DNA from: Chiloscyllium plagiosum
Taxonomy: Eukaryota
NCBI RefSeq assembly: GCF_004010195.1
Contig: NC_057749.1
Span: forward strand, 25,765,044 to 25,829,043
Direction: 5' to 3'
DNA: 64,000 bases
Shown: positions 1-13,103 of the stretch, in pieces
How the letters are laid out: the number at the start of each line of letters is the position of its first letter
Position numbering within the stretch: position 1 is the first letter of the stretch
Notes under the pieces: generated by a model
What the model saw: only the letters and a program-made list of their open reading frames with translations
Database searches by the model: none
Told to the model about the DNA's origin: nothing
Translations under genes and position numbers: made by a program

Positions 1-1230
1 GGAAAACAGCATTTCGTACATTGAACACAAACATACAATGCAAGAATAATGACAAGAAAGATGATAATCTCCTGAACGATAGATATTCCCAAAGATCCCC
101 ACCAGTCTATAGCCCGACTCCATAAGGTATTTAAAGGGGGTTGCTTAAGTTTGTCAACCTCCTTCTGAATATGATCAGCTAAGTTTGCGATCTCATCAGA
201 GTTGCCTGGAATGTAGGTACAACAGTCTTTTCCTATGAGAGCACAGGTGCCTCCTTTGTCAGATAGTAGCCAATCTGGGATCATCCAATTTTGTAATGTT
301 GTTGTTTGTATAGTAATCATTTCCACATTAATCTTATCAAGGGCTTGGGAGGTGTCACTAGCTACTTGTTCCAATATGGAATAGAGTAATTGAATCCGAA
401 CAAAGGATTTATGGGTAGCATATGGCCAAGACCAAAGGGCAAGGAACTTGTCTATCCTAGAGATGTAACGTTCATGGAGAGTAAGGGATAAAACATAGGG
501 TGTATCATACATAAAAGGGACTACAAAAGCTAAATAACAGGAACCAGACCATGAGAGAGGTATGCCTTATGTCCACAAACAAAACAAATACCATTCTATG
601 GGATAAACCGTTATACAGTTAGAAAACCAGATGTGATCAAACTTTCCTGCTGACATGAGGTTAATAAAATTAAGCTTAGATGGAGGCAAAGCATCAGATG
701 TGACATTAAAATATTGGATACAATCACTCTGACCTGCAAACCAACCCTTAGACATATATCTGGTAGGACAAATAGAACATACTGGTTTTCCCACTCTTGA
801 GGTATTAGTGATGATGACATATGGTGGGACACAGATGGTGTCAAATTGAGGTTGAAACCAACCTTCAAATGCCGCAAAGCTGTACCCTGCCAATTCCCAC
901 TTGTCTCAGATGCTGTTCATGTTCACCCAATATATCCATTTCTCTGTAGAAGATGTAGCAGCCACTTAAACCCCAACCATTAGAAATTTGTTCTGGCGTG
1001 TGACCAATTCTGCTATTTTGGATACATCAAAAGGAATGGGTCACGGGGGGGTTACTGCCCTTTGAATTTATGGGAATGTGAGAGCAAACCCAACTGCTGG
1101 AGACATTGGTACGGTCAGCATAAATATAAGACATACATAAAAATAGTTTTCACATTCAACTCATGCCTTACATGTTACAAGAGAGCTCAAAACAATTACG
1201 AGTCCCAAAAATAAAACCTTCTTCATGATG
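1..1230 (-). pseudogene. env: Endogenous retrovirus env (gamma-type SU/TM), frameshifted; runs off the window edge
   Basis: Manual minus-strand translation gives TLQNWMIPDWLLSDKGGTCALIGKDCCTYIP (immunosuppressive-domain-like segment plus CX6CC) at ~205-300 and a hydrophobic TM segment IIIFLVIILALYVCV at ~20-70. WSGSCYLAFVVP lies at ~515-555 and degenerate SWVCSHIP (CWVC-type motif) at ~1070-1100. Frameshifts are present. Confidence 0.9.
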
Positions 1231-1239
1231 GGACAGGAG

Positions 1240-3294
1240 TGTTAGCTCTTTGATGTGTGATGTGTGAATCCAAACCTTCTTGCCTTGCAGCTTTAACAGC
1301 TGAAGGTGTTATAAGAAGAACTTGATACCTACCTTCCCAGTTGGCACCCAGCGGTTCTTTGTGTGTTTTATTAATGTAGATTCACGTGCCAGAAATCACA
1401 TTGTATTCACCTTCTCCCCCGACTGCTAACACCTGTTGGGAGGCAGAACTAACAGCATTGGTTAGACCCTGACAATACTTTAACAATGAATCACTCAATA
1501 GATGACAAACTGCTGTTCTAAGATCCATCATGCCAGGTAGAGACATGGCTTTATCAGCTATTACCTCAAAAGGGCTTAGACTGCAAGTTCTACTGGGGGT
1601 AGCTCAAATACTACACAGAGGCAGAGCTTGAGGCTAAGGCAATCCTTCCTGGTGACACTGAGCCAAGCGTTGTTTCTGAGCCTGATCTGTGCCTTCCACC
1701 CGTCCCGATGACTGATGATGATTAGGGCAGTGCAAGTTCCATTTAATGTTCAGCAGACGACACACTTTGTGGCACACTGCACCTATAAAATGAGTCCCTT
1801 GGTTTGAATCTATACTATGTGGGACTCCCCATCGGAGGATGCATTCCTTACAGAGGATATTAGCGGCATGATTGGCCGTGGCTCGCCAAGCCAGAGATTC
1901 TTCTACCCAGCTTAAAAACTTGCCAACAATAACTAAAACCTCTGACTATCCTTGACATTTTGGGATATGCAGCCTACCCAAAAGTGTTGGAAGGGCCCGG
2001 CAGGTGCCGAAAGTCTCAATTGTGGCATCACTGCAGTTGGTCCTGGATTCTTTTTTGGCATGTTACCCAATGATCTACCACAAGTTGCACATGTTTCTTG
2101 AATCCTCTTCCCCACCAACTCTTTTGGAACTTTACCATCATCTGTAGTGGAGCCAAATGTCCCCACGATTTGTTGTATCAGCAAAGGCATTAACACTTGT
2201 GGTTCTACTAGTTTTTATTGATATCTCTGTCTCCAAACACCACCATCACATAACTTCAGTCTTGGTTCAATCCATATCCACTTTTCTTCCTGCGAACACT
2301 GTTCCTGCATTGTTTTTTAAGTCTTGTAACTTGCTTACTGAAGTCTGCAATTTAGGTGTTGCTTGCTCTTGTAGGCCACACCCTGGGAGGCTGCCCTGTC
2401 ATCAGCTTGATCAGCCAAAGTGACACCTTGGATTTCCATGGAATTTTTCTTTACACTTTAAAAGTGAGACTTCCTGTGGTAATTGTATGGCATTTAGGAG
2501 ATTACAGACTTCATTCACTTTTCTGATAGGGGTTTCCTCAGCTATTAAAAATCCCCCTTTTTGCCATAATGTCCAAAATTGTGCACAATTTCAAAGGTGT
2601 CATGAGAATCAGTGTCTATATTGGCAGTCTTACTTTCTGCTATTTTGCACACCTCGGTGAGAGATCGCGGTTCTGCATGCTGTGCCAAAGTGCCTGCTTC
2701 CTTGTGCCATGACTTCGTGCAGGCTAGTAATGACCCAGCCGGCCTTTCATACGCCATTCTCAACAAACGAAGATTCATCTGTGAAGGCAACGAAGTCCAG
2801 ATTCTACAAGGGTTCCTCTGCCTCCTGAGCTGCCTCATTGAAAATTCCAACGCAATCGTGTTCTCCTTCGACCTCATCAGTCTCTTCCCCTCCTCCGCCC
2901 TTTTGGCCCTGCGGGGTTGGGAGCAAAGTCATGGGATTGACTGGACTAGCATGAACAAGGTGGAGGTTGGTAGCTTCCAAAAGGGTAGACCAACATGTCC
3001 ACCAGGCCACTGCCACCTGGGAGACCCGATGCATAGACAACATGGTGTGATTGTGTGGGCACCTCACAGTCTGTTTTTGATCAAGCTCAATTGGTGCTGT
3101 AGCTATCACCGTCCTGCAGCTGGCTTTCATAGCTCTCAAACAGCTGCCCCATCCCAGTGTCACTGAGTCTAACCAAATGGAATAGTAGCCAATAGGCCAC
3201 TGCCTTTCACCGTGTTCCTGGATAAGTACATCTTTCATATAACCATCCTTTTCATGAACATGGAGGGCAAATGGTCTCCCATTATTGGTGATGT
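1240..3294 (-). pseudogene. pol: ERV pol remnant: RT connection/tether, RNase H and integrase (epsilon/gamma-like class I)
   Basis: Integrase C-terminus WEGRYQVLLITPSAVK..WIH (~1260-1350), core RWGVPHSIDSNQGTHF...HHQSSGRVE (~1690-1840) and CATC...PAGPFQHFW. RNase H AQHAE..LTEVC...ANIDTDS. Tether RPFALHVHEK...PIGYYS..LDSV..GW.SCLRA and NPMTLLP...HDC. Many stops and frameshifts. Confidence 0.9.
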
Positions 3295-3479
3295 CCAGGT
3301 AGCAGTGGCCTGGTGGACATGTTGGTCTACCCTCTTGGAAGCTCCCAACCTCCACCTTGTTTGCGCTACTCCAGTCAATCCCACTACTTTGTTCCCAGCC
3401 CTGCAGGACCAAAAGGGGGGAGGAGGGGAAGAGACAGATGAGGTTGAAGGAGAACATGATTGTGTAGAAATTCTGCAGC

Positions 3480-4500
3480 ACTTCTCTTTATCCTACACCT
3501 ACCCTACGTGAATAAAGTACAATAGGAATAATGTCACTTAAATAGTAATCCAAATGCTGTGGAAAAACCTCAAATAGTGGAACTTGTTGGCAAAGTTTTA
3601 CATGCTTTGGACAGAGTGGATCTGATTTCTGTTTTGGTGACTCTGAAGATGCTCCCTGTCAGACTCTTTTTCCAGATCTGATGAAACTTATTAACTCACT
3701 ATTTCATCTTGCGTCATGCTGATTGACTTGTTGCTCACTTTCAATATTGCTATCCTTCTTAAAAGCTGAAAGCAATTTCTCAGAGAGGAGAACGATACAA
3801 CTAAATTTAGCATTAAATACCTGAACAATTCAGGCAACTGTCATAACTTGGCATAACAGAAGTGTATAGACCTTACTAGAGAAACCAGTAGTCGTAATGC
3901 TTATTGTAACATTGGCGATTGGGAGCTCAGACAGTGTGCTTGTTTAACATACCAATATTCGTATGTTGAATTAGTCAGCAAAAGATTTTCAGAGATTTAC
4001 AAGAGCATTATTGAAAATCTGTAGTTTAGTGAAATTTTCATCTTTCCCTTCCAAATCCTCTCCCTGTCCAGAAGCCAATCTTCCTCAAGACCAGAACCCA
4101 GTTCCGTTTTTATATAAAATAAATCAAATTACAAATGACAGAAAATTTCCCAACAGGGACACAAAAATGTTAACTATCACGAAAGAGGAATAAGGGCAGA
4201 CTAAATCAAAATCTAATAGGAAGGGCAGATAATGCACCCCAGCCTTCATGGTGCATACTTCTCTCAAAAGTCTTCAAGGGTTTTGATGGACACTGCTTGC
4301 TCCCTGTTCAAGGATGCCCGAGTGCAAATGTAGCCATGGAGAGGGGGAGGAAGTTGCGAAAAATGATACCCTCCAGTGCCCGTCACCTGGTCCTCTTCAT
4401 TTTCACTTTGGTCAAGCTTGGTGCAAACTAAGTTACAAATATCAAAACTTGCCCAGCGCAAGCCAGAATCCCGTTCTTTGTTTTTTGTAATAGTAATCAC
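3480..4500 (-). pseudogene. Probable ERV RT N-terminus / protease / gag remnant
   Basis: Collinear upstream of pol on the same strand. Degenerate protease-like STLSELPIANVTISITTTGFS at ~3870-3950 and QQVPL (cf. QYPL at the RT start) at ~3575-3595. Motifs are weak. Confidence 0.45.
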
Positions 4501-4507
4501 TTCAGAA

Positions 4508-4820
4508 AATTAGATTAGATTCCGTACAGTGTGGAAACATGCCCTTTGACCCAACAAGTCCACACCGACCCTCTGAAGAGCAAAGCCCCCCCAGACCCAT
4601 TCCCCCCTGACTAATGCACCTAACACTACAGGAAATTTAGCATGGCCAATTCACCTGACCTGCATATCTTTGGACTGTGGGAGGAAACCAGACAGGAAAC
4701 CCACACAGACACGGGGAGAATGTGCAAACTCCACACAGACAGTCGCCCAAGGCAGGAACTGAACCCAGGTCCCTGGTGTTGCAAGGTAGCAGTGCTAACC
4801 ACTGAGCCACCGTGCTGCCT
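4508..4820 (-). mobile_element. HE1-type V-SINE (tRNA-derived)
   Basis: Minus strand: GGCAGCACGGTGGCTCAGTGGTTAGCAC head, GTGTGGAGTTTGCACATTCTCCCCGTG core, AATCTAATCT tail. Confidence 0.9.
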
Positions 4821-5874
4821 CAACTTTTGCTGACAGATATTTCACAGGAGAAAATTAAGACACAGAATGAAAATTCAAATAAAATAAAACGTGACAACAT
4901 TAAAGTTTTAGAATTTAATACTGCTCTCCTTGCTCACCACTAACTTCCTCATAATCCCAGAACCAATTTTTTTATTTATCTATGCTGGAACAGGTAAGAA
5001 TCGAACACAGGCCTCCTGGCTCAGAGGTTTGGATAGTACCACAGTGCCACAAAAGCCTTCAGAACTCAATTATACAAAGACCAATGAGTATACTGCTGTC
5101 AATCAATCCAGCCTTGTTCTGGCTAATAATTAAAAGGCTGTTGTGGTGCAGTGGCAGTATCCCTATTTTTGGGCTGGGAGGACCAGGTCCAAGTCCCACT
5201 TACTCCAGCAATGTGCCATAACATCCTGGAAAAAATAGATTAGAAAATATCTTTACCCTTAAATGGGTCTGCATTTCTAAACTGGCATTGAATCTAGAGT
5301 AAGATTGGTACATTTTAACAACACCTTTTATTTACAGAATAACACAACAGAGAATTATAAATCAACATTTGCGCAGAAGAGATCCCTGTTAGCTATATTA
5401 GTCAATCATTACATCATGATTCCATGGGCCCATGCTGTTAAACCAATCTCTCCACAGCAGGTCTGAGTGAGAGAAGATAGAGTGACCATTAGAGGGCACC
5501 ATGTCTGACACAAAGTTGCAAATAACTGAGGTTTGCTCTCAACGAAACAAACTCAACTCCCATCCACAAAGTATCTATTGTGCAACTGGCACGGAAGAAC
5601 TTTCGTTATCATGGACAACAGCCAAGTTAATTGTTTTCCATTGCTCTCTATCATGAAATTATAGTGCACCCACAGCCCAACGAAACCATAAGATCTAGCA
5701 AGTGTCTGTAGCAAAGGTTATCTATAGGCTACAAGATTGTCACAGGTTTCACAAAATAGATATCAGATTAATAGCCCTAGGTTCACAATTGAGGTGCCTT
5801 TGATGTCATGGCAACTCTGTATCTGACAACAGCTGACTACAACTTTCCATAAAAATGAGCCTGAGCTTCCAGTT

Positions 5875-6462
5875 GGGAGAAAGTGAGGTCTGCAGATGCT
5901 GAAGATCACAGTCAAAGACACTCTTCGACTTTGAGCTTCCACTTGCCTACCACTTCAACACACCATCCTGTTCCCCCGTCATTTTCTCTATCTCAGGCTT
6001 GCTGCAGTTCTCTAGTGAAGCTCAGCGCAAACTGGAAGAACAGCACCTCATTTTCCACTTGGAGAAATGCTTATGGATTCAGTAGTGAGTTCAATAATCT
6101 TAGAGTCTCCCATGTCCTTACCCCAATCCCCACACACATCTTGTCATCACATGGGCTGCTACCACAACCAACTCATTGTCAGCTGCTAATGGTCCCCTTT
6201 AGCGTCACTAATTTCGCAGGCTGACCTTTACATATTCCTTTTTCTGCCCAAACTGTTTTTCTCTCTCTCTGAGCTCCACCTCAATCTATTGGTTACTCCT
6301 CCTCCCTCCTTCCCCCACCATTTCTTTAGCACATATACCAACTTGTTCTGAGTTACAATCAGTTCTGAACGAGGGTCACTGGATCCAAAACATTAACTTT
6401 GCTTTCTCTCCACAGATGCTGGCAGACCTGCTGAATTTTTTCAGCAATTTCTGTTCTGTTTC
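5875..6462 (+). mobile_element. Penelope-like element 3' fragment with inverted pseudo-LTR piece at the left end
   Basis: End of the GIY-YIG-domain region (AQRKLEEQHLIFHLEK), followed by a pLTR with a degenerate hammerhead (~6364-6393) and the CTCTCCACAGATGCTGGCAGACCTGCTG tail. Inverted GAGAAAGTGAGGTCTGCAGATGCTG at the start. Confidence 0.7.
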
Positions 6463-6714
6463 ATGAATTATGGGTGTCTGCACATGCAAGGTTCAACATA
6501 GAAATTGTTACAATCCCTGAACGGCCACCAATTTATGCTACAATCTGACTAAGGTCCAGAAACTTTTTTTTTAAAGAAGTAAATTAAGGATGAGATCCAA
6601 GAGCCTTCCTAAGAGGATAAAACCACAAAATTCCATGGTTTTGAACATTCATAGATACTCATTTGGGAAACTATTGTATTCAAGTATTTATGATCTTTTC
6701 CAAAATGTCAGACA

Positions 6715-6960
6715 AAAAAGAAAGAGAACTCCAGATGCTATAAATCTGAAATAAAACTGAAATTGCTGGAGAAACTCCACATATCTGGCAGCATCTGTGG
6801 AGAGATATGTGGAGTTAACATCTCAGGGTCTGAAGAAGGGTCACTGGACTCGAAACGTTAACTCTGCTTTCTGTCCACAGATGCTGCCAGAACTGCTGAG
6901 TTTTTTCAGCAATTTCTGTTTTTGTTTAATGTTTCGGATTCAGTGACCCTTCTTCAGAAC
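6715..6960. mobile_element. Penelope pLTR-derived inverted-repeat element with hammerhead motif
   Basis: Inverted arms ~6755-6820 and ~6856-6922. CTGAAGA-A-GGGTC-ACTG-GACTC-GAAACGTT at 6830-6859. Confidence 0.7.
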
Positions 6961-7973
6961 TGGAAGTAACATTTTCCAATATGTTATTTTGTCTTCTGCT
7001 AATTAAAGTCCAAATTTACAACCTTCTTTATCAAGGGTGACACCCATGTCAGCCAAATGCCATTAATCATTTGCCATCACTACATTAGTTACAGGTATGT
7101 CACTTATAATATGCAAAACACTGCTTTTCTTTTTACTATTTCAAGCTTTCTTCTGTCTGTTGGAGCTAATGCATGCACTGAATGTGAGTAATATGTGAAA
7201 GTCTTTGGACATTAACACTAATGGATGCAGATCCTACAATGCATCCTGGGATGGAACATGTTTAACTCATCCCTTGATTCAACATTTATCTTTGATTTGA
7301 ATTCTTACATCTCTGTAATGCTGACTTGAAAACCCGCTTTATATAACTGGTACTAGCTACAAAGATGACCATTAATTCCAGGCGAAAAAAGTAAACAGAA
7401 TGGTTGCATAATGGAGCAGAACAACATGTACTTGCCTGGATTTTGTGGTGAGTTTGTTATTACCCTTAGTGCAATAACTCACAGCTCATGGCATCTGCCA
7501 CATGTACCAGAATGTGGTTCAAAGTAAAAGCTATTTGATGTAGTTTGTCTTCGCCAGTCTTCCCTTGTCTATATTTTGTCTGGCTCTGACTAATCATCAT
7601 TTGCAGACCATATATCACCATAGAGTCTTTACAGAAGAGGCACTATTCGTCATTAACCAGGTGTTTTATTGCATGATTTGCAATAAATACAACAACATTA
7701 CAAGTCAGGCACTATAACTAGGACTGTCGGGAGGTGTATGGAAAATGCTGTTCATTGTGAAGGCAACCCACTATCTGTGCCCAAAGACTCTGTGTAACAT
7801 CACAAGATTGGGTGGAGCTAAAAGAACTTCAACATTAATCCATTCAGGACAGAATACAACACCTGCCCATAAGCTTCTTCCTATTGTTAATTCATTATAC
7901 AATCATGCATATCACAACCTGTCCTTTAGCAACACTACATCATTCCATAACACCCTGACCTCACAAACGCAGG

Positions 7974-8493
7974 TCATAGAATCATAGAGTCATAGAAATG
8001 GACAGCACAGAAACAGACCCTTGTCTAAATTGTCCGTGCCGACCAGATATCCCAAACCAATCTAGACCCACGTGCCAGCACCCAGCCCATATCCCTCCAA
8101 ACTCTTCCTATTCATATACCCATTCATATGCCTTTTAACTATTGCAGTTGTACTAGTCTCCACCACTTTCCCTGGCAGCTCATTCCAAACACGTATCACC
8201 CTCTGCGTGAAAAAGTTGCCCCTTAGGTCTCTTTTATATCTTTCCCCTCTCACCCTAAACCTATGCCCTCTAGTTCTGGACTCCCCCACCCCAGCGAAGA
8301 AACTTTGTCTATTTATCCTATCAATGCCCCTCATGATTTTATAAACCTCTATAAGGTCACCCCTCAGCCTTCAACGCTCCAGGGAAAACAGCTCCAGCCT
8401 ATTCAACCTCTCCCTATAGCTAAAATCCTCCAACCCTGACAATATCCTTGTAAATCATTTATGAACCCTTTCAAGTTTCACATCTTTCTGATC
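7974..8493 (-). mobile_element. HER1/CR1-type LINE, 5'-truncated 3' end
   Basis: ORF 8062-8334 (TRGHRFRVRG...RGNFFTQRVIRVWNELP) is a CR1 ORF2 C-terminus. (CTATGACT)n tail; probable GCAGGT target-site duplication. Confidence 0.92.
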
Positions 8494-9384
8494 GGCAGGT
8501 GTTTAAATGTTCCATGATTTTCCCAGAATACATTCTCTTGGACTTAGAGGAACTGCTGACCTTGATTCTGATCCATGGATCATTATTCCACTGAAGGACT
8601 TTAAATGTTTCAGATATCCTTCATGGAGAACACTCTTCCTTGTAAACTTTATTGTTGGTCTATTACCTTATCTACAGGACTGTAATCTCCCAAATTCCCT
8701 TTGCAGAGGTGGTAACTTAGCTGGTTTCCCTACAATACCATCTCGGCGAACTCTAACCTCACTAATGTCCATCATGGAAACAGCTATGCTTTTGAAGTGA
8801 ATATTTCCTCCCTTGTAGTAGCTTGGATTTCTGGATCAGAAAGTAAATTTCTAAATGGAAGGGGTGGTCGCTTTTATTGCGATATTCTGTATGCTTCAAC
8901 CAGTCAGGTTCCTCTCCTTGACCATGTCCGTGGACATTAGTTGTTTCCCATGAAGACTGCAGGTACATGACAAACCTTCTTTTCTGGATTTCCAACAACA
9001 GGGCCTCCATCTGTGCATATACATATGCATTCTGCACATTAAGGATATTGGCAACAGATGGGTATTTGAGGAGTCTGCATTGTACAAGAATATTTATTTG
9101 ATAATAAAGTCTTTGGCTGTCTGCCTGATTCCTGAGTAGCCATTAGATTCAGACCAACTATAAACATTGGATACTCAGTTCAAAGTTAGTAATGATTCAT
9201 AAAGTGAAATCATTCACTGAGGTCATATTAATTTAGACTGCCAAAAAATGGTGATATTGAGTTCACTTCTTCTGGACATGAACCACTCTTTGAACAGGGC
9301 TCCTGCTCTCATTCAAATTGCTGATATTGAAGAATTACTTGCATTTACTGAACATCTTTCATTTTTGAACACATCACAAACAGT

Positions 9385-9640
9385 CAAATACTTGTCAGTT
9401 GTAGTCACTGCTGGAATGTAGAGAGACTAATAATCAATTTGCACGCAGCAAGTTCCTGTAAACAGCAGTGTGACTATGATCAGATAATCTGTTTATTTTT
9501 ATGTTGGTCCAGGGATACATGTTGGCTGATACATTGGGAGGAATTCCGCTGTTAATTCTTCAATATACTACCTGAAATCGTTTATCTTCAGAGAACAGAT
9601 TGAGTCTTGGCTTAATATCACAAACGTAATCCTTCAGGTG
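9385..9640 (-). mobile_element. Old Deu-domain SINE (SacSINE1/AmnSINE1-like) fragment
   Basis: Minus strand ACAGATTATCTGATCATAGTCACACTGCTGTTTACAGGAACTTGCTGCGTGCAAATTG, similar to the copy at 33.0-33.25 kb. Confidence 0.55.
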
Positions 9641-12600
9641 ACAAAGCTAATACTTTTGTAAACAGATAGTTTCATGTATATTACTTAATAGCCAACAGAA
9701 AATGCGATAAGTTCAGCAGCAATGCTCCAAATGCTTGAGCCTTCACAATGGAGCAGTTCAATGCTTTCCATTATTACAAAAGGAAATAGGATTTGATTTT
9801 GCTTTGAATGTAATCTTTCATTTAATCAAAACCAGTAAAAAAGAAAATATACATTATAGACAATCAGAGAGACTGAAAGGGAAAAACAGTGTAGGTTTAC
9901 TGGTAATCGCAGGTATATACTAACAGTTAGAAGTTGTACTTAGAGCTAGAAGATGTGATTGTGTAATGATATAATTGGAGAACATATTGATGTGCATTAA
10001 TTTGAATATGATTTGGTGATCGTGTCATGTGTATTAATGTGGAATATAAGCTATGCAAATATGGTTGGGTAGAGATATGGGTGAGTAAATGTATATCCTT
10101 TTGATTGGGTATTATTATCTGTATAAATAGTTGTTATTTGTAAAAGTAGTATAAAACCTTAGTTCTTGTAAGAAAGAGTTAAAGTTAATGCCATTTTTGG
10201 ATATGTACATTTCTCATCAATGCAAAAATGAGTGTTTAACCAAAGAAACCTGAGTCTCCTCTGGTCTAAGAGGAAATATAGGGTTAAAATCACTCATTCA
10301 CCAACAATTTGAACTTTGCCACTTTGTAACTACTCCTATATGTCTCAATCAAGGAGTGCTGGTCATGGAGGGTCCACATTAAGTATGATGCATGATACAT
10401 TTACATAGAGTTTTGCCATCTCGTGTAAAGGTGCACGGAATGTTGAAATTATGTTTAGAAATGAATCGTCTTTATGATGGCTGAAATATATGCCTTCCAA
10501 GTCAGGTCAGAAAGGTGTTTTATCTCCTTGTGAGAATGAAGGTCCACACTCTTATAACTGAGGATCTTTAATGTGCTACAATGCTGGACAGGATATCAAT
10601 ATTTAAAAATCGTTCAACAATCTTTAGCTTATAAAACAATTATTTTCCAATTTCAGTCTACAGTCAAAAGATACAGAAAAATAAAAAGATGCATTTTTCT
10701 AAAAGTGTGAATATGGAACAAAAGTGTTAGGCCACAGATCAGACCTTATGTTACTGGGTGTTGGAACTGGCTTGTGAAGCTAAATGGACTCTTTTTGTTC
10801 CTATATCCCTATGTCGTGTTTTTTGCCTATGAACATATAAGTTAGGAACAGAAGTAGGCCATTCAGCCCAGTGAGCCATTCACTAAGATCGTGGTTGAGC
10901 TGTTTCCAATTCAAGTTTGACATACCCATCTACAACACCGTCCACAACTTGTCGAACATGATTCTGCCACCTTAAAAACATTCAATGATCCCCATCTCCA
11001 CTACCTTGTGAAGCAGAGAGTTCCAAGGACACGCACTTCCCTGAGAGATAAAGACATCCGTGTCCTAAAATGATGACTCCTAATTTTGAAACAGTACCCT
11101 CTAGTTGTGGATATCTGCAGGGTGTTTCCATAGTCTCAGAAACTTAGGAACTATCATTGAACTACAGAACATTCAATTATTTCTTAGGTGGACTATCGTT
11201 ATTACCTTCAAAGCCATTTCCTAAACCGGATATTTATCTTAGCTTATTTCATTAGTCAATGATAAACTATAAGGTATATTTGCTTTGTTTCTAAAGATAC
11301 CAAGGATATTGAAAGCTAAGATTAGACAAATCTCACAATCTGATTGCACTTCAAACATTTATATTGGTCCAAGTATCGTGCTTCAGAGGAATACTGGCTG
11401 GATTATGTATTCAATTTGCAAATTCAGAGTAATTGAGAAGTACAAGATTACTCAGTGAATGTAGCATTATCCAAGGATCAGACAGTACAATAAACCAATA
11501 AGATGAATTGTAAGTGGGTTAACATGTTAGTGTTAAGTTGACATTAGCTTCAGGTTTGTATTGCTACTTACTAAGACACATACATACACACATATATACA
11601 CATAGGCATATACTGGTGTATGCATGCAAACATACGTGTGCACAGATAGATGTATAAATGCAAACATAAGTACCACATAAGTTCATGTTCATTTTTCTAA
11701 TGGACAGTTTGTCTCCTGTGGTATTACTGACAGCAAAAGAATGTCTGTAAATAGTTGCTTACCGTAATTATAATTCAGAAATATTGCTGCAGGAAAATGT
11801 ATATAGTTATTGGAGTTAGGTACACATCCATCAGAAGGCACAACACAAATACAGGAGCATGCATCCATGTGCTGGAATGTTTCTTTGGGTGTTTGTCATT
11901 TGATTTGAGGAGGAGCAAAATTTCAACTCATAAATCGTAAAACCCGTTTAAGAGAAATGAGTGATAGCTAATATGCAAGAAGACAAGGTATTGGGTTAAA
12001 CATTGAAATTCAGTTTACAACATATTTCTTATAAGAACACAAGAAAGACTTGTAAGTCTAGAGTCTTTACTCAGACAATAAAGCTGTGTGTGACCCCACA
12101 TTGCTGTTTCCAGATATATGGCTTTAACCTAATGACAGGCAGCTCCTGGTTTCAATAATGCCACTTATTTGGATTTGATGAGCTGAAAGGAACTGCAGAC
12201 ATTCAGCACACAAAGGGCTGCAGCAGCTTTAGAGAATTGGAAGAACATCGAACAGTATAGGTCTCAAAAAGAAAAAAACAGGAATGTGCTGGAATACAAT
12301 GGGGAGGAAGTTTCTAATTTTATTCTCCTCTTTATGGGATATGGGTATAGCCCATCCCTAATTGCCCTTGAGCAGGTCATGGTATGCCATCTTCTTGAAC
12401 AGCTGTAATCCCTGTGCTTTAGATACATCCAGAGAGCAGTTAAGGAGTTCCAGGAATTTGATTCAGCAACAGTGAGGGAAAGACAGGGGTCTTAAGCAGA
12501 ACTTGCAGGTAGAGAATTTCTCACACATTGGCTGCCTTTGTCCTTCTACAGTGGTAGGGTCATGGGTTTGGAAGATGCGTGAAAGGAAGCTTGTCCAGCT

Positions 12601-13103
12601 ATTGCTGTGTATCCTGTACACAGCCTTGGTCAGATTTAATTTGGAATACTACACATGGTTCCATCTCAGGGAGGATTTATTAGCTTTATAAACACCCTAT
12701 CAAAAATCACCAGGAATGAGACTGGAGGTTAGTGAGTTAAAAGCTAATGAAAGGTAGCGTCAACATTGTAGTCCTTTGAATCTAGAACGTTGGGTGGTAA
12801 TCTAATTGAGATGTCTAAAAATGATACAGGGATTCAACAGAGTTGAGACACAGAAACTATTTCCTGTGCAAAAGGGAAATAAGTTTTGGCAAATTTACTA
12901 GAATTATTTTGAAGATGTATCTAGTGAAGTGGAATCTGCGAATGTAACATAACAAATGTCTTTTGGAAATCCAGGAAAGGTGACAATCAAATGTTAATAT
13001 GGAAGGCAAGGATTCATGGCGTGGCGGTGAATTTATTGGCATGATTAAAAGGTTGGGTAATGGACAGGAAGGGCAGAATGGAAAGAGCCACCTATCCTTA
13101 AAT

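Noticed and set aside
1..893. Co-opted, syncytin-like env gene
   Set aside because: Frameshifts in SU and a mutated CWVC motif; no full-length ORF.
4626..4833. Recurrent short ORFs (MANSP..., MCKLHTDS..., MLPDLL...)
   Set aside because: Chance frames in SINE and pLTR repeats, not genes.
4985..5200. tRNA-like A/B-box sequences (also ~26600-26770, 49750, 50800, 51940)
   Set aside because: Decayed SINE heads without a complete cloverleaf; not tRNA genes.
9890..10306. Possible solo LTR (TG...CA, TATA-like motif)
   Set aside because: No matching TSD and no second copy in the window.
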